DNA from: Acidobacteriota bacterium
Lineage (GTDB): Bacteria > Acidobacteriota > Vicinamibacteria > Vicinamibacterales > UBA2999
Length of the DNA stretch: 64,000 nt
Assembly (NCBI GenBank): GCA_016213695.1
Contig: JACQZV010000025.1
Location: forward strand, 14,965 to 78,964
Reading direction: 5' to 3'
The position numbers were made by a program, and so were the translations under genes. A model generated the notes under the pieces. That model did no database searches. It was given only the letters and a program-made list of their open reading frames with translations, and was not told the DNA's origin. Shown here piece by piece: positions 26,325-35,243 of the stretch. Positions within the stretch are counted from its first letter, which is position 1, and every line of letters begins with the position of its first letter.

Positions 26325-27422
26325 GTGGCGCGCACGCTGAAAGCCGACCGGATCCTCTTCACGGCCACCCTGCTGCTGGTCTGCGCGAGCATCGTGATGG
26401 TGTACAGCGCGTCGGCGCTGGTGGCGCTGGAGCGGTTCCAGCAGCCGTACCTGTTCGTGACGCGGCAGGTCATGTGGGCGGTGCTCGGCTTGGCGGTCCT
26501 CTGGATCGCCATGCACGTCGATTACCGCACGTACCGGAACGACGCGTTCGTCTGGGCGCTGGTCGCCGTCGTGGCCCTGACGCTGGTGGCCGTGCTCTTC
26601 AGCGCCCCGGTCAACGGCACGCGCCGCTGGTTCGGCATCGGCGGCCTCGGCGTGCAGCCGTCGGAGCTGGCGAAGATTGCCTGCGTGTTCTTCACCGCGC
26701 TCGTCCTGGAGCGCCGCATGGCCCGCATCGACGACCTCGCGTACTCGCTCCTGCCGATTGCCATCGTGGTCGGCGCGATGGTCGGGCTGATCCTGCTCCA
26801 GCCCGACTTCGGCACGGCCATGTCGCTCGTGCTGATCGTGACCGCGATGATCTTCCTCGCGGGCCTGCACTACCGCTATCTCGTCGGCACGCTGCTCGTC
26901 ATGCTGCCGGCCATCTACCTCGTCCTCGTCAGCGCCCCGTACCGGCGGCGCCGGCTGCTCGCCTTCTGGGATCCCTGGGCGGACCCGCTGGGCGACGGCT
27001 TCCAGATCATTCAGTCGCTCATCGCCGTCGGCACCGGGGGCGTGTTCGGGCGCGGCCTGATGGCCGGCGTGCAGAAGCTGTTCTACCTGCCCGAGCCGCA
27101 CACCGACTTCATCTATGCGGTGATCGGCGAGGAGCTGGGCCTGCTTGGCGCGACCGCCACGCTCGTGTGCTTCTGCCTGATTGCGTGGCGCGGCCTGCGC
27201 ATCACGATGCGCGCGCAGGACACCTTCGGCGCCTTCGTCGCGCTCGGCATGACGACGATGATCGTCGTCCAGGCGTTCGTGAACATGAGCGTGGTGCTCG
27301 GACTGATGCCGACCAAGGGGATTCCGCTGCCGCTCGTCAGCGCCGGCGGCTCCTCGCTCGTCATCAGCCTGCTGGGCATGGGCGTGCTGCTGAATATCTC
27401 GCAGCACGAGACAGCCACGTAA
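26325..27422 (+). CDS. ftsW: SEDS-family peptidoglycan glycosyltransferase FtsW
   Basis: 365-aa polytopic ORF with the FtsW/RodA signature ...LPEPHTDFIYAVIGEELGL...KGIPLPLVSAGGSS, located between murD and murG. Confidence 0.9.
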   Translation: MARTLKADRILFTATLLLVCASIVMVYSASALVALERFQQPYLFVTRQVMWAVLGLAVLWIAMHVDYRTYRNDAFVWALVAVVALTLVAVLFSAPVNGTRRWFGIGGLGVQPSELAKIACVFFTALVLERRMARIDDLAYSLLPIAIVVGAMVGLILLQPDFGTAMSLVLIVTAMIFLAGLHYRYLVGTLLVMLPAIYLVLVSAPYRRRRLLAFWDPWADPLGDGFQIIQSLIAVGTGGVFGRGLMAGVQKLFYLPEPHTDFIYAVIGEELGLLGATATLVCFCLIAWRGLRITMRAQDTFGAFVALGMTTMIVVQAFVNMSVVLGLMPTKGIPLPLVSAGGSSLVISLLGMGVLLNISQHETAT

Positions 27423-27478
27423 TGGTGCGATGGTGCGACGGGGCGAGGGCGCGTGGGTGCGTGGATGCGACGGAGTGC
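27423..27478 (+). repeat. G-rich ~8-nt tandem repeat (TGGTGCGA-like x7) in the ftsW-murG spacer
   Basis: TGGTGCGA TGGTGCGA CGGGGCGA GGGCGCG TGGGTGCG TGGATGCGA CGGAGTGC. No complementary arm was found nearby. Confidence 0.6.
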
Positions 27479-27484
27479 CGCTGA

Positions 27485-28570
27485 ATGCCGGTGTCCGTGC
27501 TGATCGCCGGCGGCGGGACCGGAGGCCATCTGTATCCGGGCATCGCCGTGGCGCGTGAGATCGTCGCGCGGGCGCCCGGTGCGCAGGTGACGTTTGTCGG
27601 CACCGCGGCGGGTCTGGAGGCGCGCGTCGTCCCGCGCGAGGGATTTGCGCTCGAGCTGATTCGCAGCGCCGGACTGAAGGGCAAGGCGATCGGGCCGCTC
27701 GTGCGGGGGCTGGGTCTGCTGCCGTTCAGCGCGGCCGACGCCTGGCGGGTCATCACCAGGCGGCATCCGGCGGTCGTCATCGGCGTCGGCGGCTACAGTT
27801 CCGGCCCGGTGGTGCTGCTGGCGGCGCTGCGCGGCATCCGCACCCTGCTGCTGGAGCAGAACGCGATGCCCGGTCTCACCAACCGGCTGCTCGCGCCGGC
27901 CGTCGATGCGGCCGCGGTGGCCTACGAGGAGAGCGCGCGGTTTTTCGGCGGCAAGGCGTTCGTGTCGGGCAACCCGGTGAGACCGGAGTTCTTCCGGAGC
28001 GAGGAGGCACATGACCGTCACACTGCGCCGCCAGAGGCGGCACGGGTCCTAGTCTTTGGCGGGTCTCAGGGGGCGCACGCGATCAACATGGCCATGGTGG
28101 AGGCGGCGCCGCGCCTGGCTGCCCGGCCCCGAATGGCCATTACGCACCAGACTGGCGAGCGCGATCTGGAAATGGTCCGCGACGGCTACCGGCGGGCCGG
28201 GCTCGAAGCTCGCGTCGAGCCGTTCCTGTTCGCGATGGACCGGGAGATGAGCGCCGCGGATCTTGTCGTCTGCCGCGCGGGCGCGACGACGCTGGCCGAG
28301 CTCACCGCGTCGGGCCGGGCGTCGATCCTCGTGCCGCTGCCGACCGCGACCGACGACCACCAGCGGAAAAACGCGCTCGCGCTGGTCCGGCAGGACGCGG
28401 CGCTGCTCCTGGAGGAGCGCGAGCTGACCGGCGACCGCCTCGCGGCCGAGATCCTGTCGCTCGCGGCGGATGAGGGACGGCGCCGCCGGCTCGGCGCGGC
28501 CGCGCGGCGGATGGCGAGGCCGGATGCGGCGACGGTGATCGTGGACAGGGTCCTGGCGCTTGCTGGGTAA
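27485..28570 (+). CDS. murG: undecaprenyldiphospho-muramoylpentapeptide beta-N-acetylglucosaminyltransferase MurG
   Basis: 361-aa ORF with AGGGTGGHLYPGIAVA and GGSQGA, and a C-terminal TDDHQRKNA. Confidence 0.95.
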   Translation: MPVSVLIAGGGTGGHLYPGIAVAREIVARAPGAQVTFVGTAAGLEARVVPREGFALELIRSAGLKGKAIGPLVRGLGLLPFSAADAWRVITRRHPAVVIGVGGYSSGPVVLLAALRGIRTLLLEQNAMPGLTNRLLAPAVDAAAVAYEESARFFGGKAFVSGNPVRPEFFRSEEAHDRHTAPPEAARVLVFGGSQGAHAINMAMVEAAPRLAARPRMAITHQTGERDLEMVRDGYRRAGLEARVEPFLFAMDREMSAADLVVCRAGATTLAELTASGRASILVPLPTATDDHQRKNALALVRQDAALLLEERELTGDRLAAEILSLAADEGRRRRLGAAARRMARPDAATVIVDRVLALAG

Positions 28571-30005
28571 GACGCGGCGCATCCACTGTGTCGGCATCGG
28601 CGGCATCGGCATGAGCGGCATCGCCGAGCTGCTGGCGAACCGCGGATACGACGTGAGCGGCTCGGATCTGAAGCGGTCGGAGGTCACGGCGCGGCTGCAA
28701 AGGAGCGTGGGAGTGCAGGTGTACGAGGGGCACGCGGCGGGCAACGTCGGCAACGCCGACGTCGTGGTCGTCTCGTCGGCCGTCCGTCCCGGCAACCCCG
28801 AAGTCGCCGAGGCCGTCCGGCGGGGGATTCCGGTGATCCCCCGCGCCGAGATGCTGGCCGAGCTGATGCGCATGCGGTTTTCGATCGCGGTCGCCGGCGC
28901 GCACGGCAAGACGACGACGACCTCGATGATTGCGTTCGTGCTCGAGCGCAGCGGGCTCGACCCGGACGCGGTGATCGGCGGCCGGCTGCGCGCCTTCGGC
29001 AGCAACGCGCGCCTGGGCCGCGGCGAATACATGGTGGCGGAAGCCGATGAGAGCGACCGGTCGTTTCTGCTGCTCTGGCCGTCGATGGCGGTGATCACCA
29101 ACATCGATCGCGAGCACATGGAGAGTTACGCCAGCTTCACGGAACTGCAGCAGGCGTTCGTGGATTTTGCGAACAAGGTGCCGTTCTACGGCGCGGTCGT
29201 CGCGTGCGCCGACGACGCCGGCGTCGCGCCCGTGCTGGGGCGGATCAGGCGGCGGCTGGTGACCTACGGACTCGATCCGGCAGGGTCGCGCCCTGCCGGC
29301 GCCGGAGGTCCCGAGACCCGCCCGACGGCGCACTTCGGCGGCCGCGACGTCGAGCTCGGGCCCTTCGGCGGCCGCTGCGTCGTCCACCGCCAGGTCGAGG
29401 GGGGCGCCGAGCGCCTCGGGGCGATCGAGCTGTCGGTGCCGGGGCGGCACAACCTGCAGAACGCGCTCGGCGCGGCGGCGGTTGCCACGCAGCTGGGCGT
29501 CGAGTTCGGGCAGATCGCCGGCGCGCTCAAGGCGTTTGAGGGCGCCGAGCGCCGGTTCGAGCGATGCGGCGAAGCCGGCGGCGTGCTCGTCGTGGACGAT
29601 TACGCGCACCACCCGACCGAGATTGCGGCGGTGCTGGCGGCGGCGCACAGCGCGCTCGGGCGCCGCCTCGTCGTGGTCTTCCAGCCGCACCGCTACACCC
29701 GCACGCAGCAGCTGATGCACGACTTCGGCCCGGCGCTGCGCGAGGCGGACGAGATTGTCCTCACCGACATCTATGCCGCGGGTGAGGACGCCATCGCCGG
29801 CGTCACCGTCGACGCGCTCGCCGACGCGATCCGGCGCGGCGCCGGGCGGCCGGTGCGGGTGGTCCGGCACATCGACGAGGCGATCCCCGCAGTGCTGGCG
29901 GTGGCGAAGGCCGGCGACGCGGTGATCACGCTCGGCGCCGGCTCGATTGGCGCGCTGCCGAAGCGGATTGTGGAGGCATTGACGCGCCGGGAGGCGGGCG
30001 CCTGA
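28560..30005 (+). CDS. murC: UDP-N-acetylmuramate--L-alanine ligase MurC
   Basis: 481-aa ORF with IHCVGIGGIGMSGIAELL and GAHGKTTTTSM. TTG start overlapping the murG end. Confidence 0.95.
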   Translation: MLGKTRRIHCVGIGGIGMSGIAELLANRGYDVSGSDLKRSEVTARLQRSVGVQVYEGHAAGNVGNADVVVVSSAVRPGNPEVAEAVRRGIPVIPRAEMLAELMRMRFSIAVAGAHGKTTTTSMIAFVLERSGLDPDAVIGGRLRAFGSNARLGRGEYMVAEADESDRSFLLLWPSMAVITNIDREHMESYASFTELQQAFVDFANKVPFYGAVVACADDAGVAPVLGRIRRRLVTYGLDPAGSRPAGAGGPETRPTAHFGGRDVELGPFGGRCVVHRQVEGGAERLGAIELSVPGRHNLQNALGAAAVATQLGVEFGQIAGALKAFEGAERRFERCGEAGGVLVVDDYAHHPTEIAAVLAAAHSALGRRLVVVFQPHRYTRTQQLMHDFGPALREADEIVLTDIYAAGEDAIAGVTVDALADAIRRGAGRPVRVVRHIDEAIPAVLAVAKAGDAVITLGAGSIGALPKRIVEALTRREAGA

Positions 30006-30841
30006 TGGCGGTTTCGGCCCCCACCGACCGGCGCTTCCGGCGCGCGCATGTCAGCCCGACGCGGCGCCGCGGCCGGTTGTTCGCGTCCCGCCGGCGGCTC
30101 GCGGGGGCCGGACTGCTCGCCGTCTGCCTGCTGTATGCCGGCTACCGCGTGGTCGCGCTGACGCTGTCGTCGCCGCTCCTGACGGTGACGCGCATCACGG
30201 TGGGCGGCAACGCGCGGCTGTCGCGCGAGGACGTGCTCTCGCTGCTCGACGGCCTCGAGGGACGCAACATGCTGGTCGTCAATCTCGACCAGTGGCGGCG
30301 GAAGCTGCTGGCGTCGCCGTGGGTGGCCGATGCGGCGCTGCGCCGGGTGCTGCCCGGCGTCGTCGACGTGGTGATTGCCGAACGGCAGCCGATCGGCATC
30401 GCCCGGCTGGGCGGGGCGCTCTACCTGATCGATCAGCGCGGGGACGTGATTGACGAGTTCGGCCCCAGCCACGCCGATCTCGATCTGCCGCTCATCGACG
30501 GCCTGGCGCCCGCCGGCGGCGGCGGCGCGCCGGGCGTGGACGCCGTCCGGGCCGCGCTGGCGGCGCGGCTGCTGGCGTCGCTGCGGCAGCGTCCGGATCT
30601 GGCCGGCCGCGTGTCGGAAGTGGACGTCAGCGACGGGCGCGACGCCGTCGTGATGCTGAAGGGCGACACGACGATGATCCGCATCGGCGACGACCAGTTC
30701 GTGGAGCGCCTGCAGTCGTACCTGGACCTCGCGCCCGCCCTGCGGGAGCGGGTGCCGCAGATCGACTACGCCGATCTGCGGTTCGGGGAGCGCGTGTACG
30801 TCAGACCTCAGGGATCCGGGCGGGCGTCCGGCGCCCGATGA
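30005..30841 (+). CDS. ftsQ: cell division protein FtsQ (POTRA domain)
   Basis: 278 aa with an N-terminal basic tail, a TM helix and a POTRA-like region (ITVGGNARLSREDV...). ATG overlaps the murC stop (TGATG). Confidence 0.8.
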   Translation: MAVSAPTDRRFRRAHVSPTRRRGRLFASRRRLAGAGLLAVCLLYAGYRVVALTLSSPLLTVTRITVGGNARLSREDVLSLLDGLEGRNMLVVNLDQWRRKLLASPWVADAALRRVLPGVVDVVIAERQPIGIARLGGALYLIDQRGDVIDEFGPSHADLDLPLIDGLAPAGGGGAPGVDAVRAALAARLLASLRQRPDLAGRVSEVDVSDGRDAVVMLKGDTTMIRIGDDQFVERLQSYLDLAPALRERVPQIDYADLRFGERVYVRPQGSGRASGAR

Positions 30842-30902
30842 CGGCGAGGATCGATAACGGTGGCCGGAGATCGTTCACGTCTCCGGGAATGGTGAGGGTG
30901 GA

Positions 30903-32135
30903 GTGGCGCTGAAAGAGCGATATCTGGTGGGGCTCGACGCGGGCACGTCGACGGTGTGCGCGGTCGTCGGCGAGAGCCGCGACGACGGCAGTTTCGACAT
31001 CGTCGGCATCGGCGTCGCCGAATCGCGCGGCATCAAGCGGGGCGTCGTCGTCAACCTCGAGGCGGCGGTCGAGTCGATCAAGAAGGCCATCGAGGAAGCC
31101 GAGCTGATGGCAGGCGTGGAGATCGATTCGGTCCACCTGGCGCTCTCGGGACCGCACGTCAAGGGCTTCAACAGCCGCGGCGTGATCGCGGTGGCCGGCA
31201 AGAACCGGGAGATCCTGCGCGACGACGTGCGCCGCGCGATTGACGCGGCCAAGGCGGTGGCGCTGCCGGCCGGGCGCGAGATCCTGCACGTGCTGCCGCA
31301 GGACTTCGTCGTCGACGAGCAGGATGGCATCGGCGCGCCGGTGGGGATGACCGGCGCCCGGCTCGAGGTCAACGTGCACGTCGTCACCGGGGCGGTGTCG
31401 ACGTCGCAGAACATCATCGCGTGCGTCAACCGCGCCGGCGTCTCGGTGCTGGACACGGTGATCGAGCAGCTCGCGGCGGCCGAGGCCGTGCTCACCTCGG
31501 ACGAGAAGGAGCTGGGCGTCGCGCTGGTCGACATCGGCGGCGGCACCGCCGACGTGGCGATCTTCGAGCGGGGAAGCCTCTGGCACACGGCGGTCGTGGC
31601 GGTCGGCGGCGACCACTTCACGAGCGACATCGCGGTCGGCCTGCGGACGCCGATGCCGGACGCGGAGAAGCTGAAGCGCAAGCACGGCTGCGCGCTGTCG
31701 TCGATGGTGGACGAGGACGAGACCATCGAAGTGGCGAGCGTCGGCGGCCGGAAGCCGCGGCTGATGGCGCGGCGGATCCTCTCGGAGATCATGCAGCCCC
31801 GCGCCGAGGAGATCTTCCATCTCGTGTGGGACGAGATCCGGCGCGCCGGCTACGAGAAATCACTCAACTCGGGCATCGTCCTCACCGGCGGCGGCGCGAT
31901 TCTCGAGGGCATGCCGGAGATCGCCGAGCAGATCTTCGATCTGCCGGTCCGGCGGGGCTGCCCGATGGACATCGGCGGTCTGGCCGATCACGTCAGCAGC
32001 CCGGCGTTCGCGACGCCGGTGGGACTCGTGCTCTACGCCCATCGCAATCGGGCGCCGGAGGCGGCGGGCGCCGGCTCCGGGGCGCTCGGCCGCATGGCGG
32101 TGCGGCTGCGCGGCATTTTCAAGGAATTTTTCTAG
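30903..32135 (+). CDS. ftsA: cell division protein FtsA
   Basis: 410-aa actin-like ATPase with VGLDAGTSTVCAVVGE and DIGGGTADVAIF. Confidence 0.95.
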   Translation: MALKERYLVGLDAGTSTVCAVVGESRDDGSFDIVGIGVAESRGIKRGVVVNLEAAVESIKKAIEEAELMAGVEIDSVHLALSGPHVKGFNSRGVIAVAGKNREILRDDVRRAIDAAKAVALPAGREILHVLPQDFVVDEQDGIGAPVGMTGARLEVNVHVVTGAVSTSQNIIACVNRAGVSVLDTVIEQLAAAEAVLTSDEKELGVALVDIGGGTADVAIFERGSLWHTAVVAVGGDHFTSDIAVGLRTPMPDAEKLKRKHGCALSSMVDEDETIEVASVGGRKPRLMARRILSEIMQPRAEEIFHLVWDEIRRAGYEKSLNSGIVLTGGGAILEGMPEIAEQIFDLPVRRGCPMDIGGLADHVSSPAFATPVGLVLYAHRNRAPEAAGAGSGALGRMAVRLRGIFKEFF

Positions 32136-32171
32136 GCGGGTCCGGGCGGACCCGTCCGACGGAGGCTGGAC

Positions 32172-33446
32172 ATGAGGCAAGGCGATCCACGCGGCGCAGA
32201 TGCGGCGAAGCTTCGGCTGACGCTCGATCCCGACTCGAGGCTGAGCGCCAAGATCAAGGTGATCGGGGTGGGGGGCGGCGGCAGCAACGCCGTCAACCGC
32301 ATGGTCGCGGCCGGGCTCGAAGGCGTCGAGTTCATCGTGGCCAACACCGACGCGCAGGCGCTCGGGCAGAACCCGGCGGCCGTGCGCATCCAGATCGGCC
32401 AGACGCTGACCAAGGGGCTCGGCGCCGGGGCCGACCCGCACATCGGGCGCCAGGCGGCGCTCGAGGACACCGAAACGACCATCCAGTCGCTCTCGGGCGC
32501 CGACATGATCTTCGTGACGGCGGGCCTCGGCGGCGGCACCGGCACGGGCGCGGCGCCGGTCATCGCGAGCCTGGCCAGCGAGCTCGGCGCGCTGACGGTG
32601 GCGGTCGTGACCAGGCCGTTCAAGTTCGAGGGCAAGAAGCGCGCGCGCCACGCCGAAGAGGGGCTCGAGGCGCTGCGTGAATGTGTCGACACCGTCATCA
32701 CGATCCCGAACGAGCGCCTGCTCACGATCATCGACCGGCGCACGTCGCTCACCGACGCGTTCGGCATGGCCGACGACGTGCTGCGGCAGGCGATTCAGGG
32801 CATTTCGGACCTGATTCTCGTGCCGGGGCTGATCAACCTCGACTTCGCGGACGTCAAGACGATCATGTCGGGCATGGGGGTCGCCATGATGGGCACCGGC
32901 GTGGCCGAGGGCGACAACCGGGCGATGCAGGCGGCGCAGAAGGCCGTGTCGAGCCCGCTGCTCGAGGACGGCTCGGTGACCGGCGCGCGCGGCGTGATCA
33001 TCAATGTGACCGGCGGGCCGGATCTCTCGCTGATGGAGGTGAACGAGGCGTCGTGCGTGATTCAGGAGGCGGCGCACGAGGACGCCAACATCATCTTCGG
33101 GGCGGTCGTCGATCCGACGCTGAAGGGGAAGGTGAAGATCACGGTCATCGCCACCGGCTTCGATCGGGTGGGCGGCGCGCGTGCGGTGCCGGCGGCCGCC
33201 GTGCAGACTCCCGTGGATCTCCAGAACTACACGGCGCACCTGGCGCGCACGGCGGCGGCCGGGACGGCGTCCGCGGCGGAGCAGCCGGTGATGGAGATGC
33301 ACGCGCCGCAGGCGCCGCAGGCGAGCGCCCCGATGCCGCTGACGGTGAGCCGGCGCCCGGGGCTGGAGCTCAGCCTGCCCGGGCTCGAGACGGCCGACGT
33401 GGCGTCGCCGCTCGACGTGCCGGCGTTCCTGCGTCGGCAGAACTGA
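32172..33446 (+). CDS. ftsZ: cell division GTPase FtsZ
   Basis: Contains [28 protein letters not shown] and the conserved C-terminal peptide [12 protein letters not shown]. Confidence 0.97.
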   Translation: MRQGDPRGADAAKLRLTLDPDSRLSAKIKVIGVGGGGSNAVNRMVAAGLEGVEFIVANTDAQALGQNPAAVRIQIGQTLTKGLGAGADPHIGRQAALEDTETTIQSLSGADMIFVTAGLGGGTGTGAAPVIASLASELGALTVAVVTRPFKFEGKKRARHAEEGLEALRECVDTVITIPNERLLTIIDRRTSLTDAFGMADDVLRQAIQGISDLILVPGLINLDFADVKTIMSGMGVAMMGTGVAEGDNRAMQAAQKAVSSPLLEDGSVTGARGVIINVTGGPDLSLMEVNEASCVIQEAAHEDANIIFGAVVDPTLKGKVKITVIATGFDRVGGARAVPAAAVQTPVDLQNYTAHLARTAAAGTASAAEQPVMEMHAPQAPQASAPMPLTVSRRPGLELSLPGLETADVASPLDVPAFLRRQN

Positions 33447-33452
33447 CGCAGG
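33408..33452 (+). repeat. 45-bp direct repeat, copy 1 (last 13 codons of ftsZ plus 6 nt)
   Basis: CCGCTCGACGTGCCGGCGTTCCTGCGTCGGCAGAACTGACGCAGG, identical to 35032..35076. Confidence 0.95.
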
Positions 33453-35031
33453 TCGACTACGCCTCCCCGGCCTCGCGCCGCCGGATGTCGTCCTGGACGG
33501 GGATGATCCGGCGGGGCCACGCCCGCTGTCATTGCGTTTTTGTGCCTGCACCGAACTGCACAGACTTCTGACACCGTTTTTGACATCCTCGAGCGTACAG
33601 CGACAGAATTCGGCCTCCTTTCGGAACACGGCGGTCAGTATTGGAGGTCGTGATGCGAGTTCCCTTCCGTGTCCTTGCGCCGGGCTGCGCACTCCTTTCC
33701 GTTCTGGTTCTCACGGGGCCGGCGTATTCCCAGGACATTAGCCGGCGCATCGTCGGGCCGTCAGCGATTACCGGCATTCCTTCAAGTGCGACACACTGTG
33801 TGTCGTCCGACGCAGCCAACGTTCATCCGATTGGTTGGATGGCTAACGGGTCTCGATACGCGATCACGTTCGATACGGATAACAACTTCCAGCCGGTGAC
33901 CGCCGTGGCCCGTATCGATTTCAGCGGAAGAACCCAGTCCAGGCTGTATGGCGGTCCTGAACTCCAGGCGACGGCGTCGAGTCCGGGAACGATGGTGCTC
34001 TTCGTGGCTGGCAGACGCCAGGCCGGCTGCTATCGCTACAAGGTGGAAATCCAACCACCGGCGGCGTCGACCGCCACAACACCGCCCATCCCCGACGTGG
34101 CGTCAGCCCCTGCCGCGATGAGTGGCCCGCTTGCGATCACGGGGACACCTTCGAGCGCCAAGCATTGTGTCGCTGGCAGCTGGGTCTCGAATGCCCACGG
34201 GATTGGGCGTGTCGAAGCGGGAAGCCAGGTTCGAATCTCGTTCTCCACGGATTTCAATGCCATCGCCGCGCTCAGTCTGATGAACCCGGAAGCAGAGACG
34301 GGCAGATTCTGGCTTGACGATGACTCCGGGGGTGCTTCCGCTCCGTCAATCAACGTCACGGTACCGGAGTCAGGAACGCTCGCATTGCTCGTGGCAGGCG
34401 TGAACGGGGCTGCCGGGTGCTATCAGTACAAAGTCGAGGTCACCGGTCCCTCAGCCACCACCACGACATCCAGTTTTGCCGGCGCATGGACCGGCCAGGT
34501 CCGCGCCATCGGGTGTTTTGATGACGGCGTGCTCGACGGCTATTGCGGTTCCATCACCACGGCATCCTTGAGCGTGACGCTGAGCCAGACTGGCACCAGC
34601 GTGAGCGGATTGGTCCAATTGGGTAGCCTCAAGCCGGTCGCGGTGTCGGGAAGCGCGCAGGGCAGCCGCCTGGTTCTCAATGGCCGAGGCGAGTATTCGC
34701 CTGGCGCCAATGGCTTCCAGATGACGTATGAAGACTGGGACACTTCGCTCAGTGGCACCAGTAGTATGGGCGGCAATTTTTCACTACGCTTGTTCCCGAC
34801 GGCCAGCGGTGTCCCGGGAGGCGTGCGTTGGGCGTTCACATTGGTCGGCGTGACCCGCTGAGCGATTCCCGCCGCCGGATCGACTTACAAGGACAGTCCC
34901 GCTCAGAGACTCGCGCACGCGCGACAAGCCGATGCGCTCGGATCGTCCCGGAATATCAAGGCGGGGGGTGGGCAGGCGGGCGGAGGTGTGCGCCTGAGGT
35001 TGTTCTAACCTCGTCGTCTTCGTCGGGATAT
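33453..35031 (+). mobile_element. putative horizontally acquired insertion (islet) at the ftsZ 3' end; no recombinase gene
   Basis: Bounded by a perfect 45-bp direct repeat. G+C is about 53-60% on hand-counted 60-nt lines, against about 72% in ftsZ. It carries a single cargo gene. Confidence 0.45.
33653..34861 (+). CDS. hypothetical secreted protein with two tandem Cys-containing ~110-aa modules plus a third domain
   Basis: GGAGG lies 5 nt before ATG 33653. Signal peptide MRVPFRVLAPGCALLSVLVLTGPAYS. The two modules share AITG.PSSA.HCV...G.CY.YKVE. Confidence 0.7.
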   Translation: MRVPFRVLAPGCALLSVLVLTGPAYSQDISRRIVGPSAITGIPSSATHCVSSDAANVHPIGWMANGSRYAITFDTDNNFQPVTAVARIDFSGRTQSRLYGGPELQATASSPGTMVLFVAGRRQAGCYRYKVEIQPPAASTATTPPIPDVASAPAAMSGPLAITGTPSSAKHCVAGSWVSNAHGIGRVEAGSQVRISFSTDFNAIAALSLMNPEAETGRFWLDDDSGGASAPSINVTVPESGTLALLVAGVNGAAGCYQYKVEVTGPSATTTTSSFAGAWTGQVRAIGCFDDGVLDGYCGSITTASLSVTLSQTGTSVSGLVQLGSLKPVAVSGSAQGSRLVLNGRGEYSPGANGFQMTYEDWDTSLSGTSSMGGNFSLRLFPTASGVPGGVRWAFTLVGVTR

Positions 35032-35076
35032 CCGCTCGACGTGCCGGCGTTCCTGCGTCGGCAGAACTGACGCAGG
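35032..35076 (+). repeat. 45-bp direct repeat, copy 2 (orphan ftsZ 3' fragment, likely the original ftsZ end)
   Basis: Identical to 33408..33452. Track ORF 34828..35070 ends in ...[12 protein letters not shown] only because of this relic. Confidence 0.95.
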
Positions 35077-35078
35077 CG

Positions 35079-35098
35079 CCGGGTCCGGAAGGACCCGG
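35079..35098 (+). terminator. GC-rich hairpin CCGGGTCC-GGAA-GGACCCGG (probable native ftsZ terminator)
   Basis: Perfect 8-bp stem with a GGAA tetraloop, 2 nt after repeat copy 2. There is no clear T-tract. Confidence 0.45.
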
Positions 35099-35243
35099 CC
35101 CGCGGTCGCATCCCGGCCTGCCGCCACCTCCGGGCGCGTGCCGGTGGTACACTGCATACACCCACGGCACGCGCGAGCGCCGGCGGCGCAGCCGCAGCTC
35201 GCGCACGATCTCTCCGTTCACCCGTTCAGCCGTCCGCAGAGAC

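Noticed and set aside
33453-35031. A search inside the ftsZ-end insertion for an integrase, transposase, terminal inverted repeats or a tRNA target.
   Set aside because: None was found. The only substantial ORFs besides the cargo gene are antisense GC artefacts (for example 34784..35425). The two insert ends are not inverted copies of each other. A shared 11-mer CGCCGCCGGAT near both ends (33475 and 34873) is short enough to be chance in GC-rich DNA.
34828-35070. An 80-aa ORF ending in [12 protein letters not shown], which could be read as a small FtsZ-like or FtsA-binding peptide gene.
   Set aside because: Only the last 12 residues match FtsZ, and they come from the 45-bp direct repeat. The upstream part has no SD or credible start and an odd composition (GGWAGGRRCAPEVVLTSSSSSG). 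It is best explained as the orphaned original ftsZ 3' end. I cannot exclude expression, but nothing supports it.
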